Made by a program: the position numbers and the translations under genes
NCBI GenBank assembly: GCA_000934665.2
Contig: JYFJ02003680.1
Span: forward strand, 1-38,834
Source: Catajapyx aquilonaris
Lineage: Eukaryota
DNA: 38,834 nt
Reading direction: 5' to 3'
Notes under the pieces: model-generated
Told to the model about the DNA's origin: nothing
What the model saw: the letters and a program-made list of their open reading frames with translations, nothing else
The model's database searches: none
Shown here: positions 1-11,952 of the stretch, piece after piece
Layout: every line of letters begins with the position of its first letter
How positions within the stretch are numbered: position 1 is the stretch's first letter

Positions 1-193
1 GGGGAAAAATCGTAGGTCAGTGCAACCCGCAAGGCTAAAAACCCGTTCAACAAGGTTCAAACCACTGCCGTAATAAATAAATAAATTACTGCCGTATTTC
101 TAATTGTTTTATAAAACCGACCGGGGTTGTCGCCACCTACGATTTTTCCCCACCCCCTCGCGCTCGCTTGACCCGTGACTCTGATACACCCTG
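1..193. mobile_element. Fold-back Tc1/mariner-type MITE, left end outside window
   Basis: GGGGAAAAATCGTAGGT (1-17) is the reverse complement of ACCTACGATTTTTCCCC (135-151). It ends in CACCCTG|TA, like the other CAGGGTG elements in the window. Confidence 0.7.
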
Positions 194-200
194 TATCATC

Positions 201-2310
201 GGCCGGAGGTGGTGTAATTTGCATAGGAAGATGTCTTTACAACATATTAAAATTTGGAACATTTTAATGGGATTGTTTGAGTGAAGTAGTAACACAAGCT
301 GCACTTACGGCGAGAAGGAATGGCAAAGTGCAGGGTTTTGTATGTCCTCGTGTGACAGATTCCCCGCTCAACCTCTCGGATGGACATTTACAAGAGACGG
401 AGCTTGAGTGGAGCTTTCATTTGGTATGCATTCCATATTTTTAGTCCCAATAGGTACCTCACAGTCACGACGCAAAGCGAGTCACAATCGCCATATGGCG
501 CCTCGCTAATTCGTATTGCCGCGTCTCTGTTGCCAGTCACGTGATCCCCCCTCGGATATGTTGGGCCCACTTCTGCGCTTGTTTATAAACGGGAGGAAGC
601 GTCTACCTAGTATATACATGGTCGAAGGTCACGGGGGCGGAGGGTCAAAAAGTGGCGTAAAATCGGTCACGTGGTATTTGCACGACCCCTACTTACTATT
701 ACTTAGCTTCACACCGACAGCTGGTTTCGGTCACAAGAGTCCCCACTACCAACACCATGCCGCCAATAATGCAGCTTCACTGAATGGGTGTGTCTGGCGC
801 ATGGACACCAGAAACACCGATAACTCGAACGTAATGACGTGTCACATCGCCTGCATCGGGACTGCCACATAGAAATGTCAGATGAGAAATTTCCTCTGAC
901 GGACGCCCTCGCCAGAGGCGCTGTTTACACTCTTCCTCGTGGTCACACAATGCTTCCTAGTGTCAGACACGCTAAACACATATGGAGCTGTCTTTATGGC
1001 TGTTGGTCTCTACCTTTGATGCATCTGACCCGATCTGTCCTATTATATTTACACTAGCCTATACATACGTAAGTCGCATTGCTGATGTACAGGGACATCT
1101 CTGACTGTGAGCACGCATATACAAGCCAGCCCCCTACAACTCCAGCTATAGTTTGAAAATAACGGCCGCCTTATTTAATATCTGTTGGCAAAACATGGCC
1201 AAAAGCAATATTGATCGACTGCCACAAAGGTTGACAGGTCCAAAACTGCCATCTTTGGTCTCCCCAATCTACACAAGGACGCGGCCATCTTTGGTCCTCT
1301 GAATATCCGCATTGCGGTATTTTAAGCCCCGCCCTTGCTGCACCCCGCTTTTGCCCCATGTCGGCCCCGGGTTCCTACCTCATCTCTGCTGATGCCTGTG
1401 GAGCTTGCCCAGCTTGCCCCATCTGCGCCAGCTGCCGCTCGGCCTGATGCGGGATCCACTGGTCCCCCGTTGGTTCCATCCGTGGCTCCGGACCGTTGCT
1501 CCGGACCCACGTGCTCTGCCTTGGGCCGGCCCTGGGGACTCTGCGCTCCACCCCACCTCAGGCGGTCCCGTCATTACTTGTCTTCACAGTAGTCCGGTCA
1601 GAAGAGTCCCCACTGATTCCAACACCATATATCCCACCAATAATACACCATCCATGAGTACGTCTGGTGAGAACCGGAGCAGAAGCGCCAGAAGGACACC
1701 AGGAACACCGAAAACTCGAGTTAAAAAGGGTTACATCGGTTGATATACACGGATACACGCATCGCTACCCGGACTCTCTCTCACACCACACCAAAATGAA
1801 AACGCCGGAAGACGCTATTCTGACGAACGCCTCCGCCAGGAGCGCTGTTACACTCTTCCTCGTGGTAACATGCTGTCATCTGGTGGTACCGATCTTAGAC
1901 CATATATACCAGCGTTGCCAGTAGACGCTCCCTCTCACTCTCAAAAGCGAGCCCAACATCTCCGAGGGGGGGATCACGTGACTTAGGGCAAAAGGGAGAC
2001 GGGAAGACGAAATTAACATGGCGCCTTATGGGGATTCCGACTATCTTTGCGCCGTCACTTGAGGCGTCTATTGGCACTAAAAATATGCAATGCATACCAA
2101 ATGATAGCTCCACTCATGCCCCGTCTCATGCCGTACATCTCCATCCGAGAGGTTGAGCGGGGAAGGACATAAAATCCTACACTTTGTCGTTGTTTCTCGC
2201 CCTAGTACAGTTTGTGTCACTACATAACTCAAACAACCACATTAAAATGTTCCCAATTTTAATATGTTGTACAGAGAATCTTCCTCTGCATATTTCGCCT
2301 ACTCGGGGCC
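201..2310. mobile_element. Old element with about 400-bp diverged terminal inverted repeats, non-autonomous
   Basis: 201-608 aligns to the reverse complement of 1921-2310 (e.g. CCCCGCTCAACCTCTCGGATGGA / TCCATCCGAGAGGTTGAGCGGGG; TTTGGTATGCATT / AATGCATACCAAA). Termini GGCC...GGCC. No clear TSD and no recognisable transposase. Confidence 0.6.
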
Positions 2311-2422
2311 TATTATCGAGGTTGATTTAATTATTCGAAAATAAAAAAGTGAGCATATGAGTGATATCGGAACTTAGGGAAGCTTCAGGTAGGTACTGAT
2401 GGATCAAAGTCCGTACAAAACC

Positions 2423-2443
2423 TATAATAATATTATTATTATT

Positions 2444-2535
<92 letters not shown>

Positions 2536-2616
2536 CCGCAGCATCAGGCTTATTGAATAATAAGCCTGATGCTGCTGCTGCTGCTGCTGCTGTTGTTGTT
2601 GTTGTTATTATTACTA
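2423..2616. repeat. Compound trinucleotide microsatellite (TAA/CAA/GCT/GTT) with central hairpin
   Basis: Seen directly; 17-bp perfect stem at 2538-2554 / 2559-2575. Confidence 0.95.
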
Positions 2617-2965
2617 TAGTACATATGTATATACATAACCAGACATCTAGAAACATCTGACATTCTTTAAACAATTTTCTGTGCCACGTAGTTAATATTC
2701 CATCACATATCTATTTTGGTTTTGCTGTGCAGGTGCTGCAGCTTGTCCACTGCATGCAGCCAGTAACGAAAAAGTGAGAAACTGTGTCAAAATTATGCAT
2801 GAGCAGGTATTAGTCATATGTGAAAAAGTGTCATCATGATATTTCAGGCATTTAGAGATACTTGGTCCTTTAGATTAGAGAGTGAGGGGAGACGTGGTGG
2901 CCGAGACGGTTACGTCTCGGCTTGCAGAGTGAAAGGTCCCGGGTTCGATCCCCACCCGGGAGCTA

Positions 2966-4215
2966 CGAGGGTGGTTCAATAATTTATCTACCTGAGTATC
3001 AACATTAATACCTTTATTGAAATCCTCCTAATCATTTTTCAATATAGTCCCCCTTGAGCTCTACACACTTCTTCCACTTTGTCTCAAGTGACCTTAGGCC
3101 GTCTAAAAAAACAGTTTCCTGTTGGTCTGCAAACTACTGCCTGGAGTTCTTCATCGCTGGAGAAACACTGGCCACGCAGGAATTTCTTCAAGTTTTGGAA
3201 CAGGAAATAGTCGCTTGGCGCCAGGTCTGTGCTGCATGGCGGATTGTTCAGTGTTTGGAAGCCACATTCATCAATGGCGGCCTGTGATTTGTGCGCCATG
3301 TGCACAGGTGCATTGTCGTGGAGAAGAAGAATGCGTGATGCAAGTTTCCCACGACGTTTGCTGTCGCAGAGCCCTCCCATTTGCAGCATAGGACTCCCCA
3401 GTGATGGTCTTCTTGTGAGACATGAATTCCAGGAGCAGTAGGCCGTCTTCGTCCCAGAAAACAGTGGCCATGATCTTCCCTGCAGAGCGCTGCACAGGGA
3501 ACTTCTTCGGGGTCGGAGAACCCTTGTGCTTCCACTGAATTGACTCTTGTTTGGATTCAGGGTCCCAGTGATGGACCCATATGTTTCGTCACCTGTGGAA
3601 AAATCCATTGGTATCATCTCCAAGGAGCTCCAAATTCTCCTGACTGTACTCTCTGCGGGAGGCTTTTTGCATTGGCCTGAGCATTCTGGGCACCCACCTG
3701 GAACTGACCCAGGACATCCTCAAATTTTCATGGATAATTTCCAAACTGTTCCTGATGAAATATCCAATTCCTGCACGATTCCCGCAACCTTGATCGACGG
3801 TCCATCATAATGAATGTCTCCACTTTGTCGCACATTTCCTCTGAAGATGCACTCACCGGCCGCCCTGGGTGGGGTCATCTTCAATTGACTCCCGTCCCCA
3901 TTTGAACAGCTTACTCCAGAACTTGACCTTGTAGGCCGATGGTGCACCATCACCAAACACTGTTCCCATCATTTCATGGATCTCCTTTGGTTTTTTCTGC
4001 TCTTTTGTGAGGAACTTTATCATGCTCCAAATCTACAACTTTCTTCGCAGAGAGGCAGGCACTATCACTTGACATCCTGTCACTCTGAGGTTGAACAACC
4101 TACTGTGCTATAGTTTGGTGTGAGTCACCCCAAGACATGTATATAGCTGTATGTACAAGTTCGGACTTGCACCTCTACGCTTTCATACTCAGGTAGATAA
4201 ATTATTGAACCGCCC
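2966..4215 (-). mobile_element. Full-length (about 1.25 kb) mariner transposon, probably irritans subfamily (Hsmar2-like CGAGGG terminus)
   Basis: TIR CGAGGGTGGTTCAATAATTTATCTACCTGAGTAT after TA (2964-2965), matched by ATACTCAGGTAGATAAATTATTGAACCGCCC (4185-4215) followed by TA. Transposase motifs inside. Confidence 0.95.
3040..4050 (-). pseudogene. Frameshifted mariner DD34D transposase (boundaries approximate)
   Basis: Motifs split across frames in the ORF track: TGDETY, SAGKIMATVFWDEDGLLLLEFM, LLHDNAPVH...PPCSTDLAPSDYFLFQNLKKFLRGQCFSSDEELQ. Confidence 0.93.
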
Positions 4216-4419
4216 TACCTTTCACCTGCGTCAGGAGGGTGACCCAAGTATTCTGACATTGCAACTGCACCTGTGTTCAACACTTGAACATACTCGCCTC
4301 GAGCCTCGTATTTCTCCGGTGACAATTACTGACCCTGGCGACGACCCCCAACAAACTTGTTTATGCATGCAGCGTAGGAGGATTAGGCATTTCCTACATT
4401 TCTGTGGCCGTACGGCCTC

Positions 4420-6330
4420 AAATGCCATTTTCAAACTGAAATCTGAAGATACTACAGTATATTCATATGAGTACCCTGTTATCCCCCCCCAACAAAGATA
4501 ATCATAACCTCAATTCTAAATCAGAAAGCAGCTGATATTAATTAAATAATGCTAACCTATCAAACCTTCAAATTACAATAATGGGATACATGAACGCTAG
4601 GATAGGAGATTTTGCAAACAACACACAACTGAATGCCTCACATTTACGGAAAAGGGAGTCGCCTGACCCAACAACAAACAAAAGAGGTAAAATCCTAATC
4701 GAGTTTATACTACATCCCGATTTTTAACCCCAGTAAATGATGCCCTGATGGGCAATTTAGGCTTCACGTATCTGAGCACATTGGGACGTAGTGTGATTGA
4801 CCTAGGCTGCGTCTCAAATTCCATGATTGAGAAATGCTTCAAATTCTATACCACCAAACAAATAGAATCTGATCACGACCGAAGCAGTAGTGGTGGAGTG
4901 GATATGGTGTCCGACTGCTAATTGGGAGGTCCTGGTTTCGGTCCCGGAGGCCGGCGATCCTGACCTTGGTTTTCTGTGATTTTCCAAGGTCGCTCCAGGA
5001 AAAATTCCGGGATCGTACCGTAAAATAGGCCACAGTCGAGCCGCTTCCTTCCCTTCCCTGCCCTGGAGGAACTGCCCTGGAGAACAATATCCTTACTCAA
5101 CAACATTCAAAAAGTTCTAACAACTATATTAGCTAAGAGATTATCCACCTTCCTATGCATCAATCACACACTATACTGCTAAATAAACTATCAAACATGG
5201 GATTATCATCGAAATTAGTCCAATTCATCAATATATTTTACTCTAAGATAGGGATCGCGCAAATAAACCACCAAGCAACCACAGAAAAAATACCAATAAT
5301 ATTATTCAATATATTGTTTCATGGCGGATCAAAAACACTATTTATACAATGATAATTTACCAACAACAAGGATCCCAGGAACTAACACATATATCAATTT
5401 GTTACAGTTTGCTGATGATTTAACTCTCCTTGCAGATACAAAAATCTATCTACAAAAATTAATCACCACTCTTGATAAATAATTACTTATGTGAAAATGA
5501 TCTAAAAATCAACACCTCCTAATCCAAAATGTTAGTTATTAGAAGTAGTGGTCAAATTTAAAAAAGGAGATTTAATTCAGATAAACAATGAAAACATAGA
5601 CAAATCATATAAATACCTAGGAACAACTTTTTCCTCATCAAAGACAGTTAAATTAGAAGCCCAAATTAAATACGCTGAAGCAATTCAAGCAATTAACACA
5701 TTATGACCTACACTAACTAAAGCTAAATTACCACTAACCCTATCAGCATACTAAATTTTAGATAGGAAAATTATCCCAATTATTTTATACATGGAGCCAC
5801 CTATATTTACAACAAATAGAAAGAGTCCAGTACTACTTTTTTTAAAAGCTGCCCACACCAGGATTGATAACAGCAGGTTCTTTTCTACGACTAGAAACAG
5901 GAAGACCGCATTTAAAATATAGAGTAATAAAACAGATCCTGAGATGGCTAATTTAAATGTCGAGATGGAAGAATGACTAGCCAAAATCGCATGGTCAGCT
6001 CTTTTATTGGAACAAGCAAACTACCCAAAACATGCAAAGAAAACTGGGCATCACAGATATCTCAGGTACTAATGAACACATCCTCAGGTACTAATGAACA
6101 TGGTCTCTCTCTACCCCTGGTGACCTCACTCATAGACTCCAATGATATAAAAGCAATAGATCTAATAATTTTGAATGTAGTAGACCAAGCGAGACAAGAA
6201 GATTTGAACAGACTCAAATTATCAAATAACGACAGGGTCATCGAAAAAGAATGTCCCAATTAAAAAACCCTATAACTCAGAAACTTGCAGACATATCTCA
6301 ATGATTTAAATTTTGAAATGCTAAGAAAGG
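4420..6330 (+). mobile_element. Decayed non-LTR retrotransposon ORF2 (APE endonuclease plus reverse transcriptase) with internal deletions
   Basis: Manual translation gives MGYMNARIGDF (4581), FTYLSTLGRSVIDL (about 4763-4804), ESDH (4865-4876), ISLLNNIQKVLTTILAKRL (about 5087), QFADDLTLL (FADD 5408-5419) and YKYLG (about 5608). Many stops and frameshifts. Confidence 0.85.
4878..5066 (+). mobile_element. tRNA-derived SINE (family 2), 3'-truncated, within the LINE
   Basis: ACCGAAGCAG head, tRNA-like GACTGCTAAT arm and AATAGGCCACAG..CCGCTTCCTTCC body, homologous to 21056-21356 and 29098-29452. Confidence 0.85.
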
Positions 6331-6339
6331 TCTAACGTT

Positions 6340-6912
6340 TTTGTCTCATTACTTTGTTTAGATATGAGCTTCACTTGTTGCTCAGCAAATAAAATAAAAA
6401 TACAGTATTAGGTGTTTAGGTCTCCAACCAAACCCGATCAATCATATCTGGAGTTACCGTTGTGATGCTATCCCGTGGGTGCTGGAGATGATGGGTCTTT
6501 ACACCATACACATTGTTCTTGATGATGCAAATAAAAAGTTGCCTCATCCGCAAAACGAACCTGCCATAGGAAAGTTTAATTTGTTCAGCCCCCCAGTGTC
6601 AAAAGTCTTGCATGAGAAGTTTCCCAATGCCTATAGCCCCGCTAGAAGCCCGGATCTTCCCCTGATGGACTTTATTGTTGAGATACATGTACGGTGAAAA
6701 AATCCGGCATCTCCAGCACATACGGGATAGGATCACAATGGTTAGGCACGAATCGATTACCGTATTTACATTTTTCAAGCAACAAATGGAGTTCATATTG
6801 AAACTTAGGTGAGACCAAAACTTAAGACATTTCTTAGCATTTCAAAACTTAAATCATTAAGATATGTCGTTATAGGGTATTTAAATTGGGACATTATTTT
6901 TCGATGACCCTG
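6340..6912 (+). mobile_element. Tc1/mariner-superfamily (maT/DD41D-like) 3' remnant
   Basis: LHEKFPNAYSPARSPDLPLMDF resembles WPxRSPDLxPxDF; ends in GACCCTG|TATATA. Left boundary uncertain. Confidence 0.6.
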
Positions 6913-7612
6913 TATATACAGGGTGGTCCAACTTCAAGTGTCGTTTTATAACGGCGATTAATAGCAGTAATTTTGCGATGACGTAGCAGCGACGTGTAAA
7001 ATGTTCCACTTCGGTGCCATCGAAAATATTAGCTGCCAATATCAGCACACATGTAATCAACCCTGCTGCTGGGTTGACCTGGAAAAAAGGAGGTGCACAC
7101 ATGATCTGCGATGCGCCTGGGTGAAATGGGTGACGTCCAAGGCACCGGATGGACCTCTATAATGAGAAGGTAATAACCCCTCCTCTTGGTGTACATCTGA
7201 TTGGGAGGATTTTACAATATATTTATATACTGTATTTACCAGGTATTTACAGTATTCCCCTCACATCCAGAATTTTAGTCATTGCAGTTTGAAAACTTTA
7301 ATAGAAAATCAATTATAAAAATTTGACATATATTGCTATAACTATTCTATTTGATTGTTAATTGCATCTGTTGATATCTTAATGTGTATAATTTATTGAA
7401 AAAATCTACCATAGGTGTGCATGTATGATAATGGGTGACCAGATTGTAGCAGTTTGCTGATTAGTCCAAGGATTGTGATATTTGATGACTGTGAAAGATT
7501 ACAATTGTGATTGTCACAGAGGTCACACACGCATTCTAGAAGCATGTGGTAATATGGAAAAGGGCATGGTTCAGTATTCACAGGAAAAGTTGGGTCAGTT
7601 GCTAGACATTAA

Positions 7613-8032
7613 GGTCAATAATAGTGTCTGACGGCCAAGATAATCTACCGTGCTATTTGGCTGCTAGAAGCGCTCAAATTCGGATTCTCAGGTCATCCTA
7701 TCACTGCTGTCAGGCTTAATTTCTTATACGTTGTCGAGTTTTGCGAGCTGATGAGTTGAATGTGCCATGGGGTGATTTTCTGTGACAAATCAGTGGCCTG
7801 TTGTATACTATCATGCTGGAACTATTCTACAGTATTGTACAGTATACTGTAACATAACAATGATGGCTAGATGGTTTATCACAGAAAATCACCCAATGGC
7901 ACATTAAACTCGGCTCGTGAAACTCTACAACATATGAAAATGAACCCAATAGAAGTCACCTGAAAGTCCGACTTTGAGAGCCTTGAGTGGCCAAACGGCA
8001 GTCATTTACTTTGGCCTTCAGAACAATTGACT
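7613..8032. mobile_element. Old fold-back MITE
   Basis: Diverged inverted arms, e.g. AATGTGCCATGGGGTGATTTTCTGTGA / TCACAGAAAATCACCCAATGGCACATT and CTGACGGCCAAG / CTTGGCCTTCAG. Confidence 0.65.
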
Positions 8033-8611
8033 CTTCCCATAAGGACCCTATAATGTCCTTTCTGATTTTTGAGGTTTTGTCCAGCTAAATTGGCAACTGG
8101 TCCCACTGTGTGCAGTACTTAATGGTTAGTGATTGTTTGGCAGTAAGCTGCTAATTTTTAATCAGCTACTTTTGAATAGTACAGGTACGGAACTTTTAGA
8201 GATTATAAAAAATATTAACCCACTCCTAATATTTAGTTGCATGGATCCATACTTTTTGACACTTACAGAAGGTCTGACCTGCAAAAAGTAGATATCATTA
8301 TTGAAATTCAGAGTCTGAATGAATATTTCAGTTTTGTCTAATATTAGCAGCCAATACTTTTGATAGTCACTAAAAGTAACTTACCTATTCAAAGGTAACT
8401 GCTTAAAAATTAGTGGCTTACTACAATGAAATATCTCACCACATCAGACATTTTACTTTGAACCCACTGTGTCATGTAGTGTGAAAATTTTGGTTGCATT
8501 TACTAACATCTTTTGGCAGGGTGATTTCTATGCATCATCGGTGACAAGGCCCTGGTAAGATGACGTATAATTGCCTCTATGCCTACCTAAATGCTCACAT
8601 CTTGGGTACTA

Positions 8612-8690
8612 CAGTAAACTGTGGGTATAACAGACTTCAAGGGACCAGAGAAATCAATGTTACTATAACGGAGGCCTGTTATAGCCAAAT
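8612..8690. mobile_element. pogo/Tigger-like terminal fragment
   Basis: TA|CAGTAAAC...TATAAC...AAGGGACC terminal pattern, similar to 14455. Other end not located. Confidence 0.45.
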
Positions 8691-9627
8691 AGGCACTTTG
8701 CAATGGATACACAAACTTTTCTGCCTGCTGTATGCCTGTAATGCACAGTACTGCACGCAAGTTAATGAAAGTATCCACAAAAATAAATTGGTTCACCGGT
8801 AAGTGAAGCAAGACCAAAATAATCAGTAAGTTTCTTCTGCCGTCTTTTTGTTGCCAAATGTACCAACACGAGACATTTTGGACATCATCTCACTGCCAAC
8901 TGCCTGGCTCAGGTATGGAGTACTGACTTGCCTGGGAACCAAGGTCAGTGCTGCGACCAAGCATGAAGGATTAAGACTCCAGCATACACTGAACAGACCA
9001 CATGTGTGCCTCAACCTTCACATGCAAAACTTGAGACTCAGAAGCTTAGATAAGTGACAGATGGGAAAATCACCTTGTGGTTCCAATAAACCTATGCATG
9101 GAAAGCTGATGCCAGTTAATCAAAAGCAGCATGTTTTCCCACCAAGGGGCCAAGAAATGGTCTGCTATATCCGGAGTACAAATACTTGTACACACGGCCT
9201 TATGGAAATATGGCGGTACCAGCCTTTCAAGTCTGCTATAACTGAGTGTGTGTTGTGATATCTGGAGTCAACTGTATTTACTGAACCCTTCCCTCATCCA
9301 CCAAATGGCAGACCTACCCACCCAGGCCAGTCTGTCTGAGCAGGCACCCATGAGCAGCAGTATCAAGGAAATGTAGCAGACTTTTGAGAAGCCTCCAGCT
9401 TTGAGTGCACAAGCGCCCTTCCTCCCCGCAACTAAGTTTTATTAATTCATACCCAGCGCTGGATTTACCAATAGGCAGAAAAGGCAATTGCTTAGGGGCA
9501 GCCATAAGCTGGAATATAAAATCAAGCAATCATGATTCCAAGTGACAGAAACACGAATGCTGGAACACTGTTCTCACTTTTCCTGATTTCCCATAGGTGG
9601 CTCTGAATAGCATGCACATGTAGTCAT

Positions 9628-9733
9628 GTACTATATAGCCCAAAAAGATAGAGACAATTTTGCATTTGACTCAAGTGCAACTTGCACTTGAATCAAATGC
9701 CAATCGTCTCTATCTTTTTGAGCGATATAGTAC
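9628..9733. repeat. 106-bp near-perfect hairpin, probably a mini-MITE
   Basis: GTACTATATAGCCCAAAAAGATAGAGAC...TCAAGTGCAA C TTGCACTTGA...GTCTCTATCTTTTTGAGCGATATAGTAC. Confidence 0.85.
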
Positions 9734-10173
9734 CACTCGCTAGTCGCCTAGGCTCTAATGGAGCACTGGATCCAAATGGTGGGGGCAGGGACAGGGAATG
9801 ACATCAGGATCATGGTTGGAACCTGGCAGCCACCTCATAGAAGCTAACTTGTCAAGTCAGCTTCAAAAACATATTCGGTAGGGAATGTGGCCCATCGGAA
9901 CACGACAATCATGACTATCTCAGAGAACTATCACGATCCAAGCGGTATGTGGGAATGAGCTCACTATTATTTTACTATTTTGACAATTTTTTTGAAATTG
10001 ACTCATCATTTACATCAACATCTTAATTTCTTTACATCCAGGACAAACTAAATGTGGGATCATTTAAGCTTTAAAACTTCTTCTGACTAGTATAAAGTAG
10101 TCACTTCTATCCTCAGAAATAGCGGTAACTCTTGTTACTCTTCAAGTATGAAAAAAAATAATTACAAGCAAAA

Positions 10174-10591
10174 TTAATCCCCGTTGCTCTCAACACTTCG
10201 TACCTCATCAGGTGACTCTGAATTTAGCACCAATTCATATGACTGTAAGCCAACATGTATGGCAGCTCTCTCTCCCACACTTCGAGTGTTTTCTATCAAC
10301 TCCTCCTCTGAGCGCAAGCGATCAAGAGCAAATTGGCATGCTTGCTCTCGCAGGCTTCTCTGATTGTTTGACCTGTCTGGGCCTTCATTTTGTAATGAAA
10401 GACCCAGCTCAAGATTAATTCCATACATTCCAATTAGATCCAACTCCTCTTCAGGGGGGGTTAACAGGGAACTGGGTTCACGACAATTGTCATTCCTGTC
10501 TGTCAAGTTGTAGAAATACTGCACTAGTAGTGATTCTTGGATTGTCTCAGTGTTACCAGCGAAGGGATGATTCGGACCCACTGGTTTGGGC
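10174..10591 (-). CDS. Terminal coding exon of unidentified host gene
   Basis: Strong acceptor TTCTTTTTCTTGTTTCAG at 10592+, phase 2. Open frame PKPVGPNHPFAGNTETIQESLLVQYFYNL...RSVESNGD*, in register with the upstream exons. Confidence 0.75.
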
Positions 10592-11390
10592 CTGAAACAA
10601 GAAAAAGAAGTTATATGGGTGTCAGTGAATGAAAACTTGTGGCTGCCTCCTCTGAGATCATCATTTCACCAATACCATCCTCTCCAATGGACTGTGCCTG
10701 ACTTCGATATCAAACACCTACACATAGAAATGGCAATTTTTGGATTTCTACACTTCCGTTACATTGATTTAAACAGTCTGTGATGAAATCCATTATCATA
10801 CAATAGTCCCATGCCATTTGAGGAGTATGAACAGTTGTAATTCAGATTTAGTTATAGTTTGGGCAGCTTCACATGCTAGCCTGTTGATATTGCAGCTGGC
10901 CAAGCAAACAGTAAGAACCCTGACAGATAAGATCCAACATGTAAGTTGATTACAGTTGGAAGCATAAAGATATGGACGGTAGAGCAGAGAAAATGTTCTC
11001 GTTTACTGTCCACATCTCTATGCTTGCGACTGTACATTACTTGCCACACCACTTAGAACCACCCTTTATAACTTTCCAAACAGCAATAATAATAATAATC
11101 ATATGGCACTGTCTTGTTCAGAAGGCCAGCCTTATTGGCAGACACAATATAAAGAGAAGCACAATCTTCACTGCACTAGCTAAAAATTGAAGGCTGCTGC
11201 AGGTGTGAGATCCAGCCTGAAACCACATGACCTTCCTTCATGCAGTTGTAGCAGGGTGTCTGAATGGAGGAGGTAAATTACACAATCTTGAAGCATATTT
11301 TTAAGGTCTTTTCATGCCATATGTCCCAATGTAGTGCAATTAATTGGTCCTCTGCCATATTGGCCACACCCTCGCCACACCCCCTGTATA

Positions 11391-11952
11391 CAGGGTGTTT
11401 CCGAGCTATCTTTAGAAACTTCTAGGGGTAATAGAGGGTATCAAGGCCAACATATTACAAATAGGAATCCTTGCCCGGAAACGCCATCTAGAGGGGGTTC
11501 ATAGACGAGGAACGGGTGCTCTCAGACGCGTCACGTGGGAGGCGCTAGGCGAGCGGACTGCTTTGTTGATAGATGGCCCTCGCATAGTAAACACCGATGC
11601 GCTGTGCCATAACCTGGCAACAGCAGAGCCCTCTAACAACTAAAGTCCGCCTCCTAGGAGACGCGCGGAGAGTAAACAACGGTTCTGTTGTTGCCAGGTT
11701 ATGGCGCATCATGTTGTTATAAGCAAATAACGATGCGATACTCCATAACCTGGCAACAACTGCGCACCATCTGTCAACAAAACAGTAAGCTCACCTAGCG
11801 CCTCCAGCGTGACGCGTCTGAGCACACCTGTTCCTCGTCTATGAACTCCCTCTAGATGGCGTTTCTGGACACGGGTTCCTATACGAAATATGTTTGTCTT
11901 GGTCCCCTCTATTACCCATAGAAGTTTCTAAAGATAGCTCAGAAACACCCTG
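11391..11952. mobile_element. Fold-back Tc1/mariner-type MITE (562 bp)
   Basis: TA|CAGGGTGTTTC...GAAACACCCTG|TA; arms complementary almost to the centre; related to 26337-26866. Confidence 0.92.

Larger units (their letters stand above)
2886..4245 (+). mobile_element. tRNA-derived SINE (family 1), split by the mariner and 3'-truncated; SINE sequence at about 2886-2965 and 4216-4245
   Basis: A-box TGGCCGAGACGG and B-box GGTTCGATCCC. The sequence after the mariner (CCTTTCACCTGCGTCAGGAGGGT) matches the uninterrupted copy at 25071-25093. Confidence 0.85.

Noticed and set aside
1171..1924. Cluster of overlapping GC-rich ORFs
   Set aside because: Open on both strands because of GC content; inside a repeat, with no motif or splice support.
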